Shown in pieces: positions 46,801-54,937 of a stretch of DNA of 54,937 nucleotides. The notes under the pieces were generated by a model that ran no database searches, had not been told where the DNA came from, and worked only from the letters and a program-made list of their open reading frames with translations. The DNA is from Coniocarpon cinnabarinum. Its lineage: Eukaryota. Made by a program: the position numbers and the translations under genes. Numbering within the stretch: position 1 is the stretch's first letter; the number at the start of each line of letters is the position of its first letter. The DNA lies in NCBI GenBank assembly GCA_051942205.1, contig JAVECO010000162.1, positions 1 to 54,937 of the forward strand, written 5' to 3'.

Positions 46801-49800
46801 GAGATCTAGTAAACGAGAACGGCGGCTCTGATCAGCAACTGCGGCAACACGGCATACAGACGGACACTATTCGACCAGGAACCAAGAGCTGCTCGCCAAG
46901 GCCGCTACTCGGAAGCTCTTCAAAGCCGGGCAATTTTGGCAGCCAATCAACGCTGCATCAAAGCAATTCTATATCGTCACTGATCACCACAGCCAGCCAT
47001 CGAACCTCTTCAGCGAAGTCATTGAGATCGGCAAGCAGTCGCCAGAGCAGTTCAAGATCCCTTCAATTGTGCGAGTCTGGGTTGAAAACTGGTGATCTCG
47101 AGGATAGCGAGCCACGTCCATGGATAGATATGTTCAATGCAAGCTTCGGCGAAAAAGCCTACGAGGTAATGTTTTCTCGAATCACCATGCTGTTCACTGC
47201 ATCACTCTAATATTTCCAGCGGCGTGATTCAGCTTGCCGGAAATATGACCATGATAATTCCGCTCCGGCTCATCATAGTTCAAGAAGTTCCTTGAGGGGA
47301 ATTAGACTGCCCAAGTAAGTCCATTGATTATGTGATTAAAGCTAACGTTGATTAAAAAAACAGCATCGAAAATTATGTTCAAATGAAACCACGTAATCAT
47401 GAAGCGCGTGGTGCGCCCGAAGGACCGAAAACCTCTGAACATAAGCATAGCCCTCATGAACGAGATTTCACAGTGTTCAGTAGGCGAATGTCCCGACAAG
47501 TGGAGCAATTTGGGAAGGGCAAAATCAAGCAGTCACCAGGCGACACAAAGCACGACTCGGCTTTTTGGTCCATGAGAGGTTCACAAATGTGTAATACAAG
47601 TACGTCCTCAAGGTCACACAAGCGCCATCACTTGCGTAAAGAGCCCAATGACTCTTTAGTCACTATGGCCGTCCAACCACATCAATTGCCTTATACTCTA
47701 CACGGTTGCTAATCGTCGTCTAGGCCTCTCCGCAAAAGAGTGTTTACCTCGAAGCTCCGTCGCTCCGTCGCTTTCCTCCTCAGCCACCTCAAAATGGCAA
47801 CATGACACTGATGTTCGTCCATGTTCACCCAATCAACATTTACAGATTCGGAAACCCTGGCAGTTTGAGAACCTCGATGCGCCACATCACACTTGTCCGA
47901 AATTGGTCGTCTACGCACCCACCAGCTCCATAATTAACATTTCCAGAGGCCCTTCGACGCATGATTTCATTTCTACAGTCGCCTTCGAGAAGAGGAAGTT
48001 GTGCACGCAGACACAGGTGTGGTTTACCGGTCGCTCCGTCTTCCCTCATCCTATTCCTGGCAACTCATTGACAATTCGTTCTCTCTGGTTAGCCAACAAG
48101 CAAATGTCCGTATTTACATATGATGACTTTATTCACATTGTTGAGTTCGCGCTCTCAGTACGACTGACCTTGTCTGAGAAAGCTTATCTAGAGAAGCATT
48201 CATATAGTCATGGACTGTTTGAGCTCGACAGTCTGAAGTTCAGGTCGCCTCCTGATGTAGACTGCGAGCGCGCAGGCGAGCATTTTTATACTTCGCAGTC
48301 CGACGCTGGCGAAAATGCCTTGCCCTCATTGCAACTACCCGCCGGGTCAACTGCGCGTCATCTCATTGAATCAAAGCATGCAATCATCTCGCCCAAGGAT
48401 CAGACTGGGTCACGTACAGAGCAAACACTCATGTGTCCTATGTGTCAGGAGTATTTTCCGAGCAAAAGCTCGCTTGACACCCATGCGTTGAACCACATTG
48501 GACCCAAACGTAAGTCACACTCAATAGAACAATGGCCGATCACCCATGCTGAAAGATTTGACAGGCTTTGCATGCGACCATGTTGGCTGTGATCGTCGTT
48601 TTCCTCTCTTGCAAATGCTTCTGCGTCATCGACAAGTGGATCATCGAGACGACCAATTTTTGCACGGGGCGAGGGTGGTTCCTTTGGCCCAGTTCCCTTA
48701 CCTACTAAAAAGCGTTGTAGAGAATTTTCGTGATGACACGCAAGACTTTCGTTTGCAAAAATTGCTATCACGACGTGAACGCTATCAACAAGAGCACCGT
48801 CAGGATCTTACGCAAGGACTTTCGACTGTGCATTCAGAGCCAGCGAACTTTCTATTTGCTGTGGCAAGATGGGGCTTGTACTCTTTACTTGATCGTAAAG
48901 ATTGCTATCAAGCTCCAAGGCGCTCTCAGCTCAATCTTTTAGGACAACCTCCCCTAGCAGTTGCACTGCAAAATGACAGCAAGGTATTCTTGACCATGCT
49001 GCAGAGCCTTCCCGAGAATGCATTGCATGTGACATCGTCGACTCAGCAGCCCCTGCTGCACATGGCATGCGAAATGGGTGATCTGCCCAAGACTCGCATA
49101 CTCCTGGAAAATGGCGCAAATCCGAACGCATTAGATGGGTGCGGATGGACACCTATACACATCGCTGTGAGGCAACTCAACCTGGCAATGATTGGTCTCT
49201 TGAGGGACTATGAAGCGCATATCGACACCATTGACGGCAAGAGTTTCAACGCAGTATGGCTTTTGCTTGCTGGCCGCATTCTTGAGAACAAGGCACATGA
49301 AGTTTCGAGGATTATATCAATCCTACAAGCTCTTGCACAAGATCCTAGAGGCTTGTCTCTAATTCAACACACATTTCACTCGTATACTCTTCTGCATGTC
49401 GCGGCAAATAGCAGCAATTTGACTCTTGCACAATACCTACTGGATATAGGCGTTTCGGTGAAAGCCAAAGCACAAGAACACGCAGAACAGACTGCTCTGC
49501 ATATAGCCGCAGACATTGGCAACAAGGAAATGATCGCTCTACTGATATCTCGCGGCGCCAATGTTCTAGCTAAAGATGCTATGGGTCGGACGCCCTGTCA
49601 TTGTGCCAGCTCTTGGATGGCCGTCAACCAACTGTTGTATTCGCCAAGTCGCACTGGGAGAAGCCTCGGCCACCAAACTGAATCATCAGTCCATTCGTTC
49701 TCCAAGTATACGATGTCAACTGTTAAAGACGGGCTAGGCCGTGACCCAATCAAGGCAATGGTAGCACGAGGTGCCACCACAGCTGCCGAAACCTCTCTTA

Positions 49801-50372
49801 CGATTCTGCGTTTGTGGAAAAAGGTCGACAGTCTGCGCAATTGGAATGAGATCAGCAGTTTCTATCAAGTGGATAAGGACAATCTCGACGAGGAGCACTT
49901 TTGCACGGAGCAGTCTGTCTTCTATCTTCCGTACAACATATCTACCTCAATGACCAAGGTCCTGCTGGAGTTCTCGGTGATACCTGGCGTGAGTATTCGA
50001 GCCAGGCCACCACTGGAAAGCAGGCTGGCTCGGTTGGGGGAAGCGCAATCAGACACAAAAGTGAAAGGCGACCGTGCTACCATTGTATCACCGGAACCTA
50101 CCTCAAGTCTAGATGGCACTACAGTGCCGTCTTCAAGGCTTCATTCGATGAAACAACTGGACCTCGACAGTGAGGAGAATATTCGAGAACAGCGCATCGA
50201 AGCGGAAGAGTGGGCTGAAGGCGTCCGTGATGCTTACGCACAGACGAGCAAGTCCGGCAGTGACACGCTGAGAGGCCTTACAGAACACAACCTTGATCTA
50301 CTCAACCGACAAAATCTTTTGCCACGCTTGGGCTCGCGGCAAGGAACCTCGAAAACATTCTGTGATGGCTGA
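43844..50372 (+). CDS. Fungal NLR: NACHT_N/Goodbye-like - NACHT - winged helix - Ser-rich insert with 2 C2H2 zinc fingers - ankyrin repeats; about 1964 aa
   Basis: Exons 43844-44014, 44148-45108, 45172-45781, 45834-46353, 46458-47165, 47220-47314, 47364-47599, 47724-48509 and 48565-50372 sum to 5895 nt in one frame with GT-AG introns. Motifs PGTGAWFL, Walker A GQMGSGKS, Walker B IIIDAIDEC, GMFRW, FTHSSVLDFF; ankyrins LLHMAC..GD, GWTPIHIA, TALHIAADIG. Confidence 0.8.
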
Positions 50373-51399
50373 GGTCGGACTTGGTTCATTGCATCATACT
50401 ATACCCTTTAGAACGAATCAAACCGGCCCGTTCTGCCCAGGAACCTGAGTGTAGCGTCTAATGCGACATTTCAAGCAAATACGGTGCAGCCCAGAGAAAG
50501 AGTCTAAAGCTCTGGTCGGTCTGCTTCTAGCTTTTCCCGCCTTGCTTGGAGAGTCGATGAAATGTGGAAGATCACAGAACGATCGAATCCACGAGTTGGT
50601 CGTGTTCTCCGGGTCCAGAAACTCCTACATGAGACCAGAACGACAGTACTTGCCTAGCTTCGCGATGGCGAGGAACAGACAGTCCGTGGCCTTGGGGTCT
50701 GGTAAGCCCCGGACTCCTCACATGCAGACACCTTTGCGCACGGGATCTAGCAATGACTCTTATGCATGACCCCAGCAGCCAGCGCCGACTGAGCTCACGT
50801 CACTGACCGAGCCCCCATCTGGCCATGCTCAGCGCTTTCTCCGCACTTGCAATTGCTCTCTGACCCATGCGCAGGGCTCTGCAAGGTAAGGCGACCTCGA
50901 GCTGTGCGGCAGAGCTCCTACAATAACGCAGCTCATGGTAGACGCGGGATCTTCGCCCCTCAGCTCATGCATCCAGTGTCATCTACCACAAGATCTTCCC
51001 TGTGATCCGCCGATTATGACCTTGAATAGTAATCCCTTTCTTGAAAACACAGAACCCGTACCTGGTCCTATTAAATATTTAGGTATTTCTCAACATACGC
51101 ACCCTTCAAGATTCTGCTCGTTTGCCGTTCTGAGATCAGCAGCATCTCCCCAGTTGTCATATGCGACGTCAAACACCAGCATCTCAAGACCCATTGAAGG
51201 TATTTCGTCTGTCACAAATGTTATTCTCAACTGATCATGTGGCACGTAGCAAACAGCGTCTTGTTCCAGCTCGCGACTTCGCTCATGGTTTGTATTTGTG
51301 ACACCAGCGTTTGCGCGCGTGCGCAATCCGCTGCTGTACGCTTGAATGGCACACACCTTTCTAAGCCTGGATAGATTGTACATAGTCAACTATCATGTC

Positions 51400-53100
51400 A
51401 ACATCTCTGAACATCAACCCTCTTGAAGACGTTATGATATACCGTCGTGAATCAGCATCATTCTCACCGCTTCGTATGCGAGCTAAGTCCCATCAATGCT
51501 TTCAGTGTAGCGGTATGCAATAGTTAACATAGTTAACTCAGCGCTTTAAGCATTCACGACATCGAATCACTGCTCACAGTTAGTGCTTATGGAAGCTTTG
51601 CTGGTAGTTGTCGTTATGGTAATTACCGTGTAATAAGAATAGTAGCGGAGAAGCGTGAATCATTCGAAAATACTACTGGAGTGAAGATCGCTAATGTCAC
51701 TGGCGCTGGCGGCGATAGTCAGGGTAATTTACTAGCATCTTCTAAGGTTATTCGTTTTCTATACGCCACTGTTTCTACCTATGACTATTGATAACCAGTA
51801 AGCGCTTTCTCTAGTATTTATAGGCCAATTATTTGTCACATAACCATGGTATAGTAGTCATGATATAGTAGTCATGGCATTGGTAAGAAATAAATTGCTC
51901 TACTAAGAACACCGAGTATGAGAAAGCATGCGCGGTTGACTCTCATACTCTCGCACTCAAACTTTCCCCTAGAAATGGTGTTCTTTATTGGATACGTGCC
52001 AAACAGCGTTCTATTTCAGTTCGCGACTTCGCTCATGGTTTTTGGGGTTCGGCGTAGATACACGTGTGGGCCTCACAGCACGAGGTCACCTTCATGACTC
52101 ACTTGACAGACCCTAATAGTTCAATACTTAGGCTCTAATGCTAGGACGTCAGTCGCACAGTCCAAAGCAAATTATCGGTGACACTCATGGATCATGAAAT
52201 AAGAGAGCACTTACAGAAGACTTCCTTTACAGAGAGTTCCCTAACCTCAGTTCTTTTTTCCTGGCTTACTTTTATGGCCGGATAGATCGTAGGAGCAAGC
52301 ATAATACCTTTTTAGCTCCTACTAGTTTCTACCGCTGGACATTGAACTCAGCTATTCAAGCGTTAAACCGAGTGCTTACAGAAGTCTGCCTAACAGTCTG
52401 TATGACTTTTAGATTAAGTCACGGTAAGCCCCGTATTCTTAGTAAAGTAGTCGCTTTAGGCAAGTTATGAGTATGAATTGCTAGTCGCGATATGGAATGG
52501 ACTTTTACAGTTAGGATCTTGTAATTATATCCTTACTAATTGAGTTTAAAAATAAATATTACCATGTACAAAAAAGAGTAGCAAAAGACGAAGATAAATT
52601 AGAAAATAGTCGGAAATAAGGCTGCAGCTTGTTAGCAAGAGCGGCAATCGTAACATTACTGCTTTTTGTTACTATACCTCTGTTGCGACTGCGTCTATCG
52701 CAAAAGTAGTAGATCAGTAAAGAGCACGCACTAAAAAGGAACGCTGACTGTGCGCTCTCTTAACCATTCTCGTCAGTAACTCGATAAGCGTCTTTCTTAG
52801 TGAGTATGATTCGATTGTAACCTTATTTGAGTATCGCAAAGTGAGTGTGATATTGGTGAGGGATATGAACACTAGGTAACACACAATTACATCTGGCTTC
52901 AGACCCGTTAGACATTGGACATAGCGTCAAGATGACAGGCGCTCTATTTTTTTTTAATATCCTGACCCGTTGCCTAAAGCTGAATTGTCGAATGCATACA
53001 TTTGGAACAAAAGCCCGTCTCTTTTTTGTAGCATGAAGGTATCGTAACTTCACGCATATTATTTCTTGTCGCTTTGACGATTTTCTCTTGATACAACTCT
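51400..53100. other. AT/TpA-rich degenerate tract (possible RIP-mutated repeat or gene relic)
   Basis: Visibly lower GC, many TA dinucleotides and stops, no long ORF, short internal duplications. No transposase motif recognised. Confidence 0.4.
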
Positions 53101-53178
53101 GTGTTACAAAACACAGTAGAAAGCCTACTATGCATCATTGCATTATAATGCCGACCGCAAAGCCGACCTGGCGCCAGT

Positions 53179-53274
53179 CGAGAAGAAAAGGGGAAGCGAG
53201 AAGAAAAGGGAAAGCGAGAAGAAAAGGGGAAGCGAGAAGAAAAGGGGAAGCGAGAAGAAAAGGGGAAGCGAGAA
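53179..53274 (+). repeat. 18-bp tandem repeat CGAGAAGAAAAGGGGAAG, 5.3 copies
   Basis: Five full units (one G>A variant) plus a partial; reads (EKKRGS)n or (RRKGEA)n. Confidence 0.95.
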
Positions 53275-54427
53275 ACCTGGACCTCATGGAATGCGAGGGG
53301 CTTCCCTGTTTGGAGGTAACTTTGATAATCTAGAAGATGTGGAAGAAGCGAGGAGATGGCGCGTTGACTAGAACTGGATGTTGTGAAGTGTAATCATTTA
53401 GCGTAAGGATTGCTAGAAGAGTGAGCAGCAGACCGAGAAGCAGGGTTATGTTCAGTTGACGCTATGATGACGCCATAATGAAAACGTGTATGCAGTCATG
53501 AAGATGGATGTGTTATGCAATTAATTGTGATTAGGAACATGATTATGATTTGGAGTCGGATTAGGTGAGAGGAGGTGCGTATTCAATTATTGAAGAATGT
53601 TATGCGTGTCAAATACATCCGAACGGGAGATTCCAGCGCCACCATCGTTCAAGCTAGGACTACCATCTTACATGACGTTTCCACACAAAAGATGTCCATC
53701 TGCTAGCCATATCTCCATAATCCGTAGCACAGGCAGCTACTCTGCTCTACTACACAAAGAGCCTTGCTTTACATATGCAGAACTATTTTATAAATAACAA
53801 GAGCTCTACATTGTGGATACTAAGGCCTCAGCTTTACGTATAGCAAGGGTCCTGCTTTTTATTCAAAACCAATATAAAAAAGCCTTCGTACTGCGTATAA
53901 GAGCCCTACTTTGTGTACAGACCTTTTCTTTCGCGGTGTCATGGAGGTGATGGCACTAGTATTTAGGGGTGGTGGCGCTAGAATCTCCCGACCTCTACAT
54001 CAAGATAATAACTCCATTCAGCCGTCCGCTGCCAACAATCCAACCCAAGCCAAGCCAAGTAAGTAATACAAGTAATACATTAACTTGTCTTTTCCAAGAA
54101 GACAAAACGTGTCCTCTTTCCATTTTGACCATTTGTTCTCCTCGCTGTTATCCTGGACTTCTCGTTTTGTCTTTCTTGCTCTGATTACTTGCAATGGCGT
54201 GCGCCATGTTGCAATAACGCCACCGAAGCTCCAGAGCGAACCGCTCTTAAGCATTCTCCCAGGCTTCTTTTCCCCGCCTTCCCGTTCTCGCTCTTCTTGA
54301 CGGTCGTCCGTTGCTCGAAGCGGGAATCCCCCCGTCAACTGACTTGCCTGCTCACTGCTCACTGCTCCTCACTCAAGGAACCAACCAGCTAAGTAAATAG
54401 CTCACCGACCAACTAAACTCAAGCCAA

Positions 54428-54937
54428 ATGTATCCGGGGAATCGACCAAATCAAGACCGCAACAACCCCAACTCCAACCCCAACCCCAATCAAAACCAAA
54501 ACCAACGCCAAAATCAATACCAACACCAACACCACCCAAACTGGAGCAGCACCAACCCCGTCTACCTCTTCATCGTCCCCTTTCTAGCCCTCTACACCCT
54601 CACCACCCTCCTACAACGAGAATGGCGCATCCACCACGAGCGCCAACGACTAAGGCGCGAACGCGCAGCGCACGAGCGACAACTGGAGGTCGAGCGGAAA
54701 GCAAGAGAAGAGGAGGAACGGGAAGAGCGACTGCATCGGTGGGAGTCGATGTCGGAAAGGGAGAGGCGGGCGGAGGATTTGGGGAGTGTAAGCCAGGTTG
54801 AAGAAGCGAGGGGGAGTTTGAGACGGAGGCTCAGGGCGAGGATGGGACGGGGACGGGGACGGAAGACGAAGGAGAGGATGGTGAAGGAGGAAGAATTGGA
54901 AATGGGGAGGAGGGATGACGGGGTCGGTAGTAGTAGG
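54428..54937 (+). CDS. Hypothetical protein, 5' part: N/Q-rich N-terminus, one TM helix, charged coiled coil
   Basis: ATG at 54428, open for 170 codons to the window end: MYPGNRPNQDRNNPNSNPNPNQNQNQRQNQYQHQHHPN..VYLFIVPFLALYTLTTLL..ERQRLRRERAAHERQLE. Confidence 0.6.
   Translation, partial: MYPGNRPNQDRNNPNSNPNPNQNQNQRQNQYQHQHHPNWSSTNPVYLFIVPFLALYTLTTLLQREWRIHHERQRLRRERAAHERQLEVERKAREEEEREERLHRWESMSERERRAEDLGSVSQVEEARGSLRRRLRARMGRGRGRKTKERMVKEEELEMGRRDDGVGSSR

Noticed and set aside
51090..51389. 99-aa minus-strand ORF in the degenerate tract as a transposase or other gene
   Set aside because: No DDE, RT or other recognisable motif; flanked by stops.

Overview
Intron-containing filamentous ascomycete (Pezizomycotina-like) genomic DNA. 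No CRISPR array, rRNA or tRNA was recognised. Gene models were built by hand from GT/GC-AG sites, CTRAY branch points and reading-frame continuity; no database search was run. The left part (1-18.3 kb) is an ordinary gene-dense stretch: the 5' end of a probable IMPACT-family gene, a cutinase with a Gly/Ser tail, galactokinase, a PTH11-like receptor, a DUF7918-like protein, a cyclin T/K, an F-box-like protein, a small membrane protein and a carotenoid cleavage oxygenase. The middle (18.9-34.3 kb) is a decaying secondary-metabolite island. It holds a PTH11 remnant, an O-methyltransferase, a divergent scytalone dehydratase-like enzyme, a SAT-less NR-PKS (KS-AT-PT-ACP) split by one frameshift, an NAD-dependent epimerase/reductase and a deleted orsellinic-acid-synthase-type PKS pseudogene. 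The right part has a RING-CH E3 ligase, an SRPK-like kinase, a BTB protein, a nine-exon NACHT-ankyrin NLR and an AT-rich degenerate tract. Three signals stand out. (1) A nested spliceosomal twin intron (stwintron) in the cutinase gene is needed to keep the frame and can be spliced by either a [D1,2] or an [A2,3] route. (2) The NLR carries an insert of about 650 aa with two C2H2 zinc fingers. (3) The PKS lacks both SAT and release domains and sits among intact tailoring genes.
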